This document shows positions 27,634 through 38,080 of a stretch of 64,000 nt of DNA, one piece after another; the first letter of the stretch is position 1, and the number at the start of each line of letters is the position of its first letter. The stretch spans positions 60,407 through 124,406 of the forward strand of contig CAVECL010000001.1 in the NCBI GenBank assembly GCA_963614595.1, given 5' to 3'. The DNA is from Parasutterella excrementihominis. GTDB lineage: Bacteria; Bacillota_I; Bacilli_A; RFN20; CAG-826. The notes beneath the pieces were generated by a model that saw only the letters and a list, made by a program, of their open reading frames with translations, ran no database searches and was not told the DNA's origin. A program made the position numbers and the translations under genes.

Positions 27634-29043
27634 ATGGAATTTATCAACTTCTGCAAAGACTGGCTCTTTGGCTTCCTCGGCATCGATCTCCTGATGAAAG
27701 CGGTCGAAAACAATCAGCCGATTCCCGCGCAGGCATACGTTCAACTCGTATTTTCGGTCGTCACTCTCACCCTCGGAATTCTCAACTTCCATCGTTTTAT
27801 CTACACCCTCGTTGGCTTTTTTGCGAAGCCGAAAATCTTCGCGGAGCAAGAAGAAAGAAGGAATCGTTACGCCTTCGTCCTTTCCGCGAGAAACGAAGAG
27901 ACGGTCATCGGAAACCTCATCGATTCAATCCGTGCCCAAGAATATCCTCAAGAGCTCATCGATATCTATCTTGTGGCGGACAACTGCAGCCCAAATGACA
28001 AAACCGCCGAAATCGCGAGGCAAAAAGGATGCCGCGTCTACGAAAGGCAAGACCCCGAGCACGCCAGAAAAGGGTATGCCCTTGAATGGATTTTCGCCCA
28101 GATGAAGCAAACCGTTGATCTTGAGAACGATTATTTTGCCTACGTTTTCTTTGATTCCGACAACGTTCTAGCCCCTGATTATCTAAGCAAAATGGACGAC
28201 GCGATGGTTAAAGGCAAATACGACGTTTGCAAAGGCTACCGCAACATCAAGAATTTAAGCGAGAATTGGATTACAGGAATCAATGGAATTAACTTTTATA
28301 GAAACACCCTGTGCCTGTCTAGGCCCCGCGCAGTTCTTGGCGTAACCGCGCAAGCCATAGACGGAACAGGCTTTATGGTTCGCTCCACCTTGTTGAAAGA
28401 TGGCTGGCACGGCCATGAGATGGTTGAGGATACCGAATTCGCAGTGAACTCGGTTTTGGCAGGGGCGCGTTTAGGCTTTTGCGAAGAAGCCAGTTATTAC
28501 GACGAGCAGCCCTCAACCATCCGTCTTTCTTTTCGCCAAAGACTAAGATGGGCAAAGGGAAGCCTCGTGAATTGGTGGCACGCCGGATCACGTTTATTTA
28601 AATCTTTTTTCAAACATCCAACCTGGCAAAAGTACGATGCCTATTGGGATACCTTCCCCTATTCTCTTTTTTCTTTCCTTTGGCCCTTGCTCTACCAAAT
28701 TGTCACTCTTGTTTTAATGCTGGCGACCGGCCAACCCGCTTGGGGCTCATTCTTAAATTATCTTTTGTCAACGCTGATTGGAACCTACATTGGGGGCTTT
28801 TTCACATCCTGCTTCGTCCTTATCAGGGAATGGCGAAAGGTCCACTTCACTTGGTGGCAAGCTGTCCTCATTACGTTTGTCTGGCCTTTCTATGACATCT
28901 CGGGCATTTTCATCAACATTGCCTGTTTGTTCATGAAAGTGACTTGGAAACCAATTCCTCATAAGGTTGTCGCAGACCCCAACGCCTTGGTCGCCGAAGA
29001 AAAAGCCAAAGCAAAAAAGGGAGAAGAAGCAACATCCCGTTAA
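27634..29043 (+). CDS. processive family-2 glycosyltransferase (membrane-embedded synthase type; IcaA/HasA/cellulose-synthase-like)
   Basis: DxD (FFDSDN), the QxxRW signature (QRLRWAKGS), N-terminal TM helices and a C-terminal cluster of 4-5 TM helices. Confidence 0.75.
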   Translation: MEFINFCKDWLFGFLGIDLLMKAVENNQPIPAQAYVQLVFSVVTLTLGILNFHRFIYTLVGFFAKPKIFAEQEERRNRYAFVLSARNEETVIGNLIDSIRAQEYPQELIDIYLVADNCSPNDKTAEIARQKGCRVYERQDPEHARKGYALEWIFAQMKQTVDLENDYFAYVFFDSDNVLAPDYLSKMDDAMVKGKYDVCKGYRNIKNLSENWITGINGINFYRNTLCLSRPRAVLGVTAQAIDGTGFMVRSTLLKDGWHGHEMVEDTEFAVNSVLAGARLGFCEEASYYDEQPSTIRLSFRQRLRWAKGSLVNWWHAGSRLFKSFFKHPTWQKYDAYWDTFPYSLFSFLWPLLYQIVTLVLMLATGQPAWGSFLNYLLSTLIGTYIGGFFTSCFVLIREWRKVHFTWWQAVLITFVWPFYDISGIFINIACLFMKVTWKPIPHKVVADPNALVAEEKAKAKKGEEATSR

Positions 29044-29050
29044 AGGGATT

Positions 29051-30298
29051 TTATAATTGGCGTAAATCCATCACGTTTTTCCAAGTAGAGACAATTGAGC
29101 CCACTTTTGCAGTGTATTTTGAAGGTTCGAAGGTTTTGTCGCTTAAAACCTCATAAATGATGTCCGCGATTCCAATCGCCTGCTTTTCGCTGCAACCGCG
29201 CGTTGTTGAAGCAGCAAAACCAATGCGAAGCCCAGAGGTCTCATTGGGCTTCAGCTTATCCCCATGAATCATGTTTTTGTTCGTGGTGATGCCGATTTCT
29301 TCTAAGCGATTTTGCGCCTCCAAACCCGTAAGGCCAAAGGAGTCAAGAACATTGAGCAAGAACAAATGGTTCTCGCTCCCCGAGACAACACAGCCTTTCC
29401 TGGCCAATTCGTCTGAGGCGGCTTTCGTGTTGATAAGCACCTGTTTCATATAAGAAACGAAAGAAGGCTGCAAATCCTCAAGGAAATTCACGGCTTTTGC
29501 GGCGATAATGTGTTCCAAAGGCCCTCCTTGGGTATATGGAAACACCGCGGATTTGATTGGTTTTATCAAATCTTCGCGGTTCGTCATGATGAGGCCTCCG
29601 CGCGGACCGCGGAGAGTCTTATGGGTCGTCGTGGTGACGATGTCCGCGTAATCGCAGGGATTTTGGCAAAGGCCAGAGGCGATGATGCCGGCGATATGGG
29701 CCATATCCACCATAAAGCAGCAATGGGCGCAATGCTTTGCGTTATGCGCATCGATGAGTTCCCTCATCTTCTTGAAGTCGATTGCGTAAGGGTAGGCGCT
29801 GTAACCGGCAAGAAAGAGATCGGGCATCTCTTCTTCTAGCTTGCTCGCGATGATCTCGTAATCGAGCCGTCCATCATCCCCGAGGGGATAATGGGCAAAA
29901 CGGTATGTCTGCGCAGAAAAAGAAACGGGAGACCCGTGAGTCAAATGACCACCGTCATTGAGAGTCAAAGAAAGAACTTTATCGCCTGGCTTAATAAGCG
30001 CGTGATAGGCGGCAAAGTTTGCTTGCGAGCCCGAATGAGGCTGCACATTCACATAAGCTGCGCGGAAGAGTTTTCTAGCCCGTTCCATTGCGATTTCTTC
30101 CACCGCATCAACGTTCACGCAACCGCCGTAATAGCGATGCCCGGGATATCCTTCCGCGTATTTCGCCATGAAAATGGAGGAAGATGCCTCCCTTACGTCT
30201 ACGGATGGATAGTTCTCTGAAGCAATCAATTCGATGCCTTCGTTTTGCCGCTTTGCTTCGGCGTGGAAATAGGCTTCCACTTCTTTGTCCGCGATCAT
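29051..30298 (-). CDS. glyA: serine hydroxymethyltransferase
   Basis: GGHLTHGSPV and the PLP-lysine region TTTTHKTLRGPRGG. Confidence 0.92.
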   Translation of the reverse strand: MIADKEVEAYFHAEAKRQNEGIELIASENYPSVDVREASSSIFMAKYAEGYPGHRYYGGCVNVDAVEEIAMERARKLFRAAYVNVQPHSGSQANFAAYHALIKPGDKVLSLTLNDGGHLTHGSPVSFSAQTYRFAHYPLGDDGRLDYEIIASKLEEEMPDLFLAGYSAYPYAIDFKKMRELIDAHNAKHCAHCCFMVDMAHIAGIIASGLCQNPCDYADIVTTTTHKTLRGPRGGLIMTNREDLIKPIKSAVFPYTQGGPLEHIIAAKAVNFLEDLQPSFVSYMKQVLINTKAASDELARKGCVVSGSENHLFLLNVLDSFGLTGLEAQNRLEEIGITTNKNMIHGDKLKPNETSGLRIGFAASTTRGCSEKQAIGIADIIYEVLSDKTFEPSKYTAKVGSIVSTWKNVMDLRQL

Positions 30299-30357
30299 GA
30301 AGTCATTATAGAAACGCTGGAAGTAAAGAAAAAGACCCGCTTTCGCGAGTCCCTTCT

Positions 30358-32361
30358 TTACTCAGCAGCAGTGACCTGCCCGCCTGTATAGAGCTGGAAG
30401 TATTTGCCTTTTTCAGCAAGCAAGGCATCATGGTTGCCCCTCTCGATGATGGAGCCTTTTTCAAGAACCATGATAACGTCGGAGTTCTGAATGGTGGAAA
30501 GACGATGGGCGATGACGAAGACCGTCCTGCCTTTCATGATGGCGTCCATTCCCTGTTGCACGAGTTTCTCTGTGCGAGAGTCAATGGAGGAAGTCGCTTC
30601 GTCTAAGACCAAAACCGGCGGGTTGGCGCAGGCGGCTCTAGCAATAGAGATCAGCTGACGCTGACCCTGAGAGAGGCCGGCCCCCGCGCCATGGAGAACG
30701 GTGTCATAGCCCTGGGGAAGCATGCGGATGAAGTTGTCGGCATTCGCAAGCTTAGCCGCCTCCACCACTTCTTCGTCCGTGGCATCGGGGTTGCCATAGC
30801 GGATATTCTCTTTCACCGTGCCGGTAAAGAGGTTCGTTTCCTGCAAGACCATGCCAAGCGCGCGGCGGAGGTCCTTCTTTTTGATTTTGTTGATGTTGAT
30901 ATCGTCGAAGCGGATTTTGCCATCCGCGATGTCATAGAAACGGTTGAGCAAGTTGGTGATTGTGGTTTTGCCAGCGCCTGTTGGGCCAACGAAGGCGACC
31001 TTTTGGCCAGGCTCCGCGTAAAGCGTAATCCCATGCAAAACCGGCTTGTCTTTCACGTAGGCAAAGTCAACGTCGTACATGTTGATCTTGCCTTTCAGCC
31101 AAGTGTAGGTGATTGTCCCATCTTCGGCATGGGGATGTTTCCAAGCCCATTTTCCCGTGCGGTGATCGGCTTCAACGGGTTCCCCGTTTTTGCCTTCTTC
31201 CGCGTTGACCAAGGTGACGTAGCCGTCATCAACCTCGCTAGGCTCATCAAGAAGGGCGAAGATGCGCTCGCCGCCCGCCATCGCCATATTGATCATATTG
31301 ATTTGGTTAGCAAGCTGGCCAATTGGCATAGTGAACTGCTTCCCAAGGGTCAAGAAGGAAACAACGATGCCGATTTGGGCGACGAAGGAAGCGCTCGAAT
31401 CGTTGCTTAGGCAGAAGCCAGAAGCGATGGAGATGCCCCCGATTAAAGCGAGAACGACATATTGGATGTTGCCAAGGTTGTTGGTGATCGGGCCAAGGAT
31501 ATTCGAGAATTGACTGGCCTTGGTCGTATAAAGGCACAGGGCGTCGTTGAGTTCGTCGAACCCTTTTTTTGCCTGTTCCTCGTGGTTGAAGACCTTGATG
31601 ACCTTTTGCCCGGAGATCATCTCTTCGATATAGCCATCCGTCGCCCCAAGAGCCCTTTGCTGAGCGATGAAGAAACGCGCGGATTGGTGAGTGACATACA
31701 AGACGACGCTTAGGATGATGACGAAGAATGCAAACACGACGAGAGTGAGCAGCCAAGAAGAGGAGACCATCGCGATAAAAGCGATGACCATCGTGACGAT
31801 GGATTGCACAACCATCGGAAGAACACGGCTAGTGAACTCGCGAAGGGTATCGATGTCATTGGTGTAAATCGACATGATGTCGCCATGGGTGCGAGTGTCG
31901 AAATAAGAAAGAGGAAGGGTCTCCATATGGGTGAAGACCGAGTCTCTGAACTTTTTCTGGAACCCTTGGCCAATCACGGAGACCATGACTTGGTAAAGAT
32001 AGGCGGAAATGATGCCGACAAGATAAACCGCGGCCATCACGATCATTCCTTGCTCGAAGGAAAGCCCGCCGAAGATGCCTGCCCAGATGCCAGTCAAGGA
32101 ACCGGTTTTGCCAAGCAAGCCAGGGATGTAATAACCGATGACGATTTGGCCGACGAACACATTGCCGACAACCCCTGCCATCGAGGAGAGAATGATGACT
32201 AGCCCCGCCAAAGGAAGCTGCCATGGATATTGCTTGAGCATCATCTTCATCAAACGATGAAGGATGCGCAATTCGTCTTTGCCGGAAAGCTTTTTGCCAT
32301 GCATCGCCGGCATTTCTTTTTTATTGCTCATCGAAGTCGCCTCCTCCCATTTGGGTTTCAT
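30358..32361 (-). CDS. ABC transporter ATP-binding/permease fusion (type I exporter half-transporter)
   Basis: Six-TM domain followed by Walker A GPTGAGKTT, signature LSQGQRQ, and Walker B VLVLDEATS. Overlaps the upstream partner by 41 nt. Confidence 0.85.
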   Translation of the reverse strand: MKPKWEEATSMSNKKEMPAMHGKKLSGKDELRILHRLMKMMLKQYPWQLPLAGLVIILSSMAGVVGNVFVGQIVIGYYIPGLLGKTGSLTGIWAGIFGGLSFEQGMIVMAAVYLVGIISAYLYQVMVSVIGQGFQKKFRDSVFTHMETLPLSYFDTRTHGDIMSIYTNDIDTLREFTSRVLPMVVQSIVTMVIAFIAMVSSSWLLTLVVFAFFVIILSVVLYVTHQSARFFIAQQRALGATDGYIEEMISGQKVIKVFNHEEQAKKGFDELNDALCLYTTKASQFSNILGPITNNLGNIQYVVLALIGGISIASGFCLSNDSSASFVAQIGIVVSFLTLGKQFTMPIGQLANQINMINMAMAGGERIFALLDEPSEVDDGYVTLVNAEEGKNGEPVEADHRTGKWAWKHPHAEDGTITYTWLKGKINMYDVDFAYVKDKPVLHGITLYAEPGQKVAFVGPTGAGKTTITNLLNRFYDIADGKIRFDDININKIKKKDLRRALGMVLQETNLFTGTVKENIRYGNPDATDEEVVEAAKLANADNFIRMLPQGYDTVLHGAGAGLSQGQRQLISIARAACANPPVLVLDEATSSIDSRTEKLVQQGMDAIMKGRTVFVIAHRLSTIQNSDVIMVLEKGSIIERGNHDALLAEKGKYFQLYTGGQVTAAE

Positions 32362-34180
32362 AAATCTCGCGGTAAACCGGGGAATTCTTCATAAGCTCGT
32401 CGTTGGTTCCCTTAGCCAAGATCTTGCCATCGTCCATCAAAAGGATGATGTCGCAGTCCTTAATCGAAAGGATGCGCTGGGCGATGATGAATTTGGTGAC
32501 CTCAGGGATCTCCGTCTTAAAGCTTTGGCGAATGACGGAATCCGTATGCGTATCGACCGCGGAAGTAGAATCATCGAGAATCAGAATCTTGGGATTCTTA
32601 AGCAAAGCGCGAGCGATGCAAAGGCGTTGCTTTTGACCGCCGGAGACGTTAGTTCCGCCTTCATCGATCGGGCTATCATAGCCAAGCGGGAAGGCGTTGA
32701 TGAATTCATCCGCGCAAGCTAAATGCGCCGCTTTTTGAATTTGTTCATCCGTCGCGTTCTCATTGCCCCAAAGAAGATTGCTCTTAATGGTGCCGGAGAA
32801 GAGAACGTTCTTCTGCAAGACGACCGAGACGGCGTCGCGCAAAGAAACGAGGTCATAGTCTTTCACGTTGACTCCGCCCACCTTCACTTCGCCTTCGCTC
32901 GCGTCATACAGACGGGCGATAAGAGAAATGAGAGTGGACTTCGCGCTGCCCGTGACGCCAATCACGCCGACCGTGGAACCGCTAGGAATGTGGAGGTCGA
33001 TATCATGTAGGGTGTCTTTCTCGGCCGAAGCGCTGTAGCGGAAGCTCACATGGCAGAAATCGACCGAGCCGTCTTTCACTTCTTTCACCGCATTATCAGG
33101 GGAGACAATATCGGGCTCTTCGACGATAACTTCGGTGACGCGCTCCGCAGAGTTCTTTGAGATGGTGACCATGACGAAACTCATCGAAACCATCATGAGC
33201 CCATTTAGAATCATCATGATATAAGAAAGCAGGGAGGTGAGGGCTCCGGTTGTGAAACCTTTCAAAGGATCGTTGCCAGAGGCCTTAATGAGCGTCGCTC
33301 CGAAGTAAGAGACGAGGAGCATCGCGGCATAAATCGCGATTTGCATCGCAGGATTATTGAAGGCAAGCATCTTCTCGGCCTTGATGAAATTGCGGTAAAT
33401 AAAATAAGAGATGTTGCCGAATTTCTCTCCTTCGAAGGCTTCTCTGCCGAAGGATTTGACGACGCGGATGCCGTTAAGGTTCTCCTGAACTTCCGCGTTA
33501 AGGTCGTCATAGGCATTGAAGACGCGGACAAAAACAGGGTGGACGACATTCGAAATCACGAATAGAACGGCGCCGAGGAAAGGCAGGATGATCAAGATGA
33601 TCATGGACAGTTGCCAAGACTTCACGCAAGCCATCGCGAAGGCGACGATCATCATCATCGGCGCACGGACAACCATGCGGAGAATCATCTGAACCGAGTT
33701 TTGGATGTTCGTGACGTCGGTCGTCAAACGAGTGACGAGAGAGGCGGTCGAGAACTTATCGATGTTCGAGAAGGAATAATCCTGGATGTGATAATACATC
33801 GCTTTGCGGAGGTTTTTGCCAAAGCCCGCGGCGGCTTTCGCGGCCACGAAGCCTGCGAGAATGCCGAACATGCAGCTAGCAACGGCCATGCCCATCATGA
33901 TGAGGGCGTAAGTCCAAATGGTGGCCATCTCTACGTCCGCGGCATTGCTGACCGAAAGAGCGTCCACTAGGTTTTGGGAGAAGAAGGGCACGAGAACCTC
34001 GCACACAACTTCGAAAGCAACGAAAACCCAGGCGAGAATAACCGAGATCCAATAGCCGTTTAGATATTTGGCGAGGGAGCGGTAGATGTGCAAGGTCTTG
34101 CTGCGCTTGATCGCAGCATCGTTCCTCGCTTCCGCTTCCGCTAAGGCCTTTTCGTGGCTGGAAACTTCGTTCTGGTTCAT
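32321..34180 (-). CDS. ABC transporter ATP-binding/permease fusion (heterodimer partner)
   Basis: TM domain followed by Walker A GVTGSAKST, signature VSGGQKQRLCIARA, and Walker B ILILDDSTS. Confidence 0.85.
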   Translation of the reverse strand: MNQNEVSSHEKALAEAEARNDAAIKRSKTLHIYRSLAKYLNGYWISVILAWVFVAFEVVCEVLVPFFSQNLVDALSVSNAADVEMATIWTYALIMMGMAVASCMFGILAGFVAAKAAAGFGKNLRKAMYYHIQDYSFSNIDKFSTASLVTRLTTDVTNIQNSVQMILRMVVRAPMMMIVAFAMACVKSWQLSMIILIILPFLGAVLFVISNVVHPVFVRVFNAYDDLNAEVQENLNGIRVVKSFGREAFEGEKFGNISYFIYRNFIKAEKMLAFNNPAMQIAIYAAMLLVSYFGATLIKASGNDPLKGFTTGALTSLLSYIMMILNGLMMVSMSFVMVTISKNSAERVTEVIVEEPDIVSPDNAVKEVKDGSVDFCHVSFRYSASAEKDTLHDIDLHIPSGSTVGVIGVTGSAKSTLISLIARLYDASEGEVKVGGVNVKDYDLVSLRDAVSVVLQKNVLFSGTIKSNLLWGNENATDEQIQKAAHLACADEFINAFPLGYDSPIDEGGTNVSGGQKQRLCIARALLKNPKILILDDSTSAVDTHTDSVIRQSFKTEIPEVTKFIIAQRILSIKDCDIILLMDDGKILAKGTNDELMKNSPVYREIYETQMGGGDFDEQ

Positions 34181-34632
34181 TTTTTCTTGCTCCTTTCTTT
34201 GATTGCGGATAGTAGCTTGTTTGAGATATTTTCGAGCTGCTTCTGCTCTTCTTCCGTGAGCACATCGTTGAATGAGCAGTCGAAGCCTTCCATTATGGGG
34301 GAAGCCGCAGCGTAATAATCGCGGCCTTTCTCCGTGAGGACGATGGACTTCATACGCCCATCCTCGCGGTCCTTAATAAATAAGATGTAACCCTTCTTAA
34401 TGAGAGTGGCGAGGGTTTCGGAAACCGTGGGCTTTCGCAAGCCGAATTCTTCGATCAAGTCCCTTGAGATGACGCCGCCGGGCTCGTCCTGATGATCGCC
34501 GATATAGCCAATAAATCTCCCTTCCAGCGGGGTGAGGCCCTCTGGAACCATATCGGCATAGCTGCGACGGAACAAATTTCTTAGCGCCGCATGAAGATCG
34601 TTGATTTGCTTTATCGCATTGTTCTTCTTCAT
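34177..34632 (-). CDS. MarR-family transcriptional regulator
   Basis: 151 aa with a winged HTH (ISRDLIEEFGLRKPTVSETLATLIKKGYI). Overlaps the start of the ABC operon by 4 nt. Confidence 0.8.
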   Translation of the reverse strand: MKKNNAIKQINDLHAALRNLFRRSYADMVPEGLTPLEGRFIGYIGDHQDEPGGVISRDLIEEFGLRKPTVSETLATLIKKGYILFIKDREDGRMKSIVLTEKGRDYYAAASPIMEGFDCSFNDVLTEEEQKQLENISNKLLSAIKERSKKK

Positions 34633-34762
34633 AATGCCCCTTTCGAAAACGGGAACTATTTTGGTTAAATTTAGAACTATGTCAAGGGGAAAACGTAATT
34701 TTGTTGAAAATTAAAAACAGAAGACCGTGTGTTAATTTTTAATCTTTTTATAACGCGATATT

Positions 34763-35737
34763 TTAGCAGTTGCCTCTTTTGATTACGCCATCTAAAAGTA
34801 GTTCGACATCACGAGATGTTTTTATATTCAAAGTGATTTCGTTACGAAGTTTTTTAAAACCGGGATAGCCCGAAAAGAAATGGGGAAGGATTCCTCTTAG
34901 CTCCCTTACCGCGGTTGCCTCGCCCTTCAAGGCGATGAGACGATGGGCAAAATCCAAGGCGTACCTGGCTTGTTCGGCGGGCGTCGGATCGGGGAGGCGT
35001 TCCCCCGTATCTAAATAATGGTTTATTTGAGTGACCAAATAAGGATGTCCCACCGCTCCTCTAGCCACCATGACGGCATCCGCATGGGTGATCTCGATAG
35101 CCTTCTTCGCGTCTTCTGGAGTAAATATATCCCCCGAAACGATGAGGGGAATCGAAAGAATCTCTTTTAACCCGGCGATTCGAGAATGGTCCGCGAAGCC
35201 GGAATATCCTTGGGCTCTCGTTCTCGAATGGACCGTTAACCCTGCGACCCCTGCTTCTTCTAGCTTTTTCGCGACCTCAAAAACATTCACGGATTCTTCA
35301 TCCCAGCCCAAACGTATCTTCGCGGTCACGGGCTTATGGGAAGCCTCCACGATACCCTTTATATATAGATATAAGGAATCGGGATCTTTTAACCAAGCTG
35401 ATCCCGCTCCAGTTTTGACGACTTTCGTAACGGGGCAGCCGAGATTGATGTCGAGGATGTCGTAGTCGCATTTCTCTTCGCAAATCTTGATCGCGGGAAC
35501 GGCATGCTCCAAGGAAAAGCCGAAAAGCTGAATTCCAACAGGTCGATCTTCGTTGGACGTCGCTAAATATTCATAGGTTCTTTTGTTTTTATAATCCAAC
35601 CCGCAGTCAGAGACCATCTCGCTATAAGAAAGACCGACCCCAAAGGGCTTCATGAACTCGCGATAAGCAAGCGTAGTGATGCCAGCCATTGGGCCAAGCA
35701 CCACATGTCCTTTGATTTCGACATCTCCGATTTTCAT
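34763..35737 (-). CDS. dusB: tRNA-dihydrouridine synthase (DusB-like)
   Basis: LGPMAGIT, the TIM-barrel NLGCPV.KV active-site region with catalytic Cys, and the C-terminal helical domain. Start set at the conserved MKIG; the ORF extends to 35767. Confidence 0.8.
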   Translation of the reverse strand: MKIGDVEIKGHVVLGPMAGITTLAYREFMKPFGVGLSYSEMVSDCGLDYKNKRTYEYLATSNEDRPVGIQLFGFSLEHAVPAIKICEEKCDYDILDINLGCPVTKVVKTGAGSAWLKDPDSLYLYIKGIVEASHKPVTAKIRLGWDEESVNVFEVAKKLEEAGVAGLTVHSRTRAQGYSGFADHSRIAGLKEILSIPLIVSGDIFTPEDAKKAIEITHADAVMVARGAVGHPYLVTQINHYLDTGERLPDPTPAEQARYALDFAHRLIALKGEATAVRELRGILPHFFSGYPGFKKLRNEITLNIKTSRDVELLLDGVIKRGNC

Positions 35738-35814
35738 AGCCGGAAAGTTATACAGGAAAACAGGCAAAGAAAAAAGCGTCCAGCAACAGCAAGACGCTTA
35801 ATTTTCATTGACTC

Positions 35815-37974
35815 TTATTCGCCTGTCTCTTTGGGATTTTGATCAGGATTTGCGGGCTTTTCTTCAGGGTTGACCGCTTCAGGTTTTCCCTCGGATATAG
35901 AAGGATCTTCCACAGGAGCGACATCCTCTTTCGCAGGTTCGCCAGAAGCGGGTTTTGTCTCAGCGGGCTTCCCATGAATAAGACCGTCGATCTCTTCCGC
36001 GGTGATGGTTTCCTTGTCGAGCAAGGTCTTTGCGATCAAGATGACTTCGTCTTTGTGCTCAATCAACAGATCGTGTGCTTTCTTATAAGCGTTCTCGATG
36101 ATCTCGCGAACCGCTTTATCAATCTCATAAGCGACTTGGGTGGAGAAGTTCTTTTGAGTGGAAGCATAATCTCTGCCGAGGAAGACAGATCCGGTATCGC
36201 GTTCATACTGGATCGGGCCGAGATCGGACATGCCATACTCCGTGACCATGGAACGGGCCAAACGGGTGGCTTCCTGGATGTCATTGCTTGCCCCGGTCGT
36301 CACATCGCCGAAGAAGATTTCTTCTGAGGCGCGGCCGCCTAGCAAGCCGACGATACGAGCGATCATTTCATTCTTCGTGAGCAGGAAACGATCGTCTTCC
36401 GGCGTCATTAGAACGTGGCCGCCGGTATTCCCGCGAGGGATGATTGTGATCTTTTGAACCTTATCGCTATAAGGAAGGTTGATGCCGATGACGGCATGGC
36501 CCGCTTCGTGGTAAGCGACTTCTTCCCTTTCATGGGCGGAGAGTCCTTTGGAATTCTTGGCGGGGCCAGAGATGCGGCGGTCCACCGCCTCATCAATTTC
36601 AGCCATGCCGATATCGGGTTTGTTCTCACGAACCGCTAAGATAGCAGCCTCATTAAGAACATTATCCAGATCGGCGCCAGAAAAACCAACGGTGCGCTTC
36701 GAGAGGGCTTTGAAGTCAACGCTTGGGTTGATCTTCTTATTTCTAGCATGGACCTTGAGGATTGCCTCACGTCCAGCGGCGTCAGGAAGAGAGACGGTGA
36801 TAGTACGATCGAAACGTCCGGCGCGGCGAAGGGCGGGGTCAAGGACGTCGTCGCGGTTCGTCGCGGCGATTACCAAGATACCGGAGTTGGCTTCGAAGCC
36901 GTCCATCTCGACAAGAAGCTGGTTAAGGGTTTGCTCGCGTTCGTCGTTTCCTCCGCCTAGGCCGGCGCCTCTTTGACGGCCAACGGCGTCGATTTCGTCG
37001 ATGAAGATCAAGCAAGGAGCGCTTTGTTTGGCTTTCTTAAACAAATCGCGGACACGTCCCGCGCCGACGCCGACATACATTTCGACAAAGTCAGAGCCGG
37101 AAATAGAATAGAAGGGGACGCCGGCTTCGCCTGCGACAGCTTTCGCAAGCAAGGTTTTACCCGTGCCGGGCGGACCGATAAGAAGAACGCCTTTGGGCAG
37201 GCGAGCGCCAAACTGAGAATATTTCTTAGGATCTTTCAAATAGGCGACAAGCTCAACCATCTCGGCCTTTTCGGCGTCGCATCCGGCGACATCGGCAAAG
37301 CGAACTTTGGAAGAGTCCGCTCTCCTCGCGGGAGATTTATTGAAGGACATCACTTGCCCATTCGCCCCGTTCACGGAGGAATTCAACCTCCAGAATAAGA
37401 AGACGCCAAGAATCAGAACAATGCCAGTCGAGAGAATGGTCGGCCCCCAGGTGTCCCACCAAGAAACCTGGAAAGCATCCGAGGTCGACATCTTGATCGA
37501 GACGTTTTTCCCCTCATAGTGAACCTTGGCTTCCTCGATCACGGAGCGGAACAGTTCTTGATAAGAGATATGCTTAACGCCGGAAACCTCGAATGCCTCT
37601 TCCCATTCGCTTTGGCCAATAACCGCGGTGAATCTCACATAGTTCGCGGAACTGTTGATATAAGTCCCGCTGATATTAACGGCTCGGTAATTTTGCGAAA
37701 CGTCAACGCTGACAACTTTCTTCTCGGCATCAGCATAATTGCCCAAGGCGTATTCTTTGATTTCTATGGTCTCTCCGGACGTGCCTGTAGAAGTTTCGGT
37801 TTTCACTTTGTACCCAACATAAGTATCAATATCGGACTCGGCCCAAACTTCGTTTCCAGAGGAAAGGCGGGAGACAATCAGATAAACAAAAACACCAATG
37901 GTGGCGGCAATCAAAACGTAGGGCAGCAGGTAGGAGAATATGCTTCTTTTGCGAGGCGCGTTTCCGTCGTTCAT
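35815..37974 (-). CDS. ftsH: ATP-dependent zinc metalloprotease FtsH
   Basis: Two TM helices, AAA Walker [17 protein letters not shown] zinc site, and an acidic C-terminal tail. The periplasmic loop is about 170 aa, longer than usual. Confidence 0.92.
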   Translation of the reverse strand: MNDGNAPRKRSIFSYLLPYVLIAATIGVFVYLIVSRLSSGNEVWAESDIDTYVGYKVKTETSTGTSGETIEIKEYALGNYADAEKKVVSVDVSQNYRAVNISGTYINSSANYVRFTAVIGQSEWEEAFEVSGVKHISYQELFRSVIEEAKVHYEGKNVSIKMSTSDAFQVSWWDTWGPTILSTGIVLILGVFLFWRLNSSVNGANGQVMSFNKSPARRADSSKVRFADVAGCDAEKAEMVELVAYLKDPKKYSQFGARLPKGVLLIGPPGTGKTLLAKAVAGEAGVPFYSISGSDFVEMYVGVGAGRVRDLFKKAKQSAPCLIFIDEIDAVGRQRGAGLGGGNDEREQTLNQLLVEMDGFEANSGILVIAATNRDDVLDPALRRAGRFDRTITVSLPDAAGREAILKVHARNKKINPSVDFKALSKRTVGFSGADLDNVLNEAAILAVRENKPDIGMAEIDEAVDRRISGPAKNSKGLSAHEREEVAYHEAGHAVIGINLPYSDKVQKITIIPRGNTGGHVLMTPEDDRFLLTKNEMIARIVGLLGGRASEEIFFGDVTTGASNDIQEATRLARSMVTEYGMSDLGPIQYERDTGSVFLGRDYASTQKNFSTQVAYEIDKAVREIIENAYKKAHDLLIEHKDEVILIAKTLLDKETITAEEIDGLIHGKPAETKPASGEPAKEDVAPVEDPSISEGKPEAVNPEEKPANPDQNPKETGE

Positions 37975-38080
37975 ATAGTTTTATCCTTTCTCTTCCTAAA
38001 TATTAGGAAGCACTTTAATTTTTAAAGCGTGTGTAAATGTAAAGCAATTTCGCGTTTATGCAAGAAAATTGGGCGATTTT

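Noticed and set aside
30691-31756. 239-aa (+) and 149-aa (-) internal ORFs
   Set aside because: Both lie within or antisense to the ABC transporter gene 30358..32361 and lack signals.
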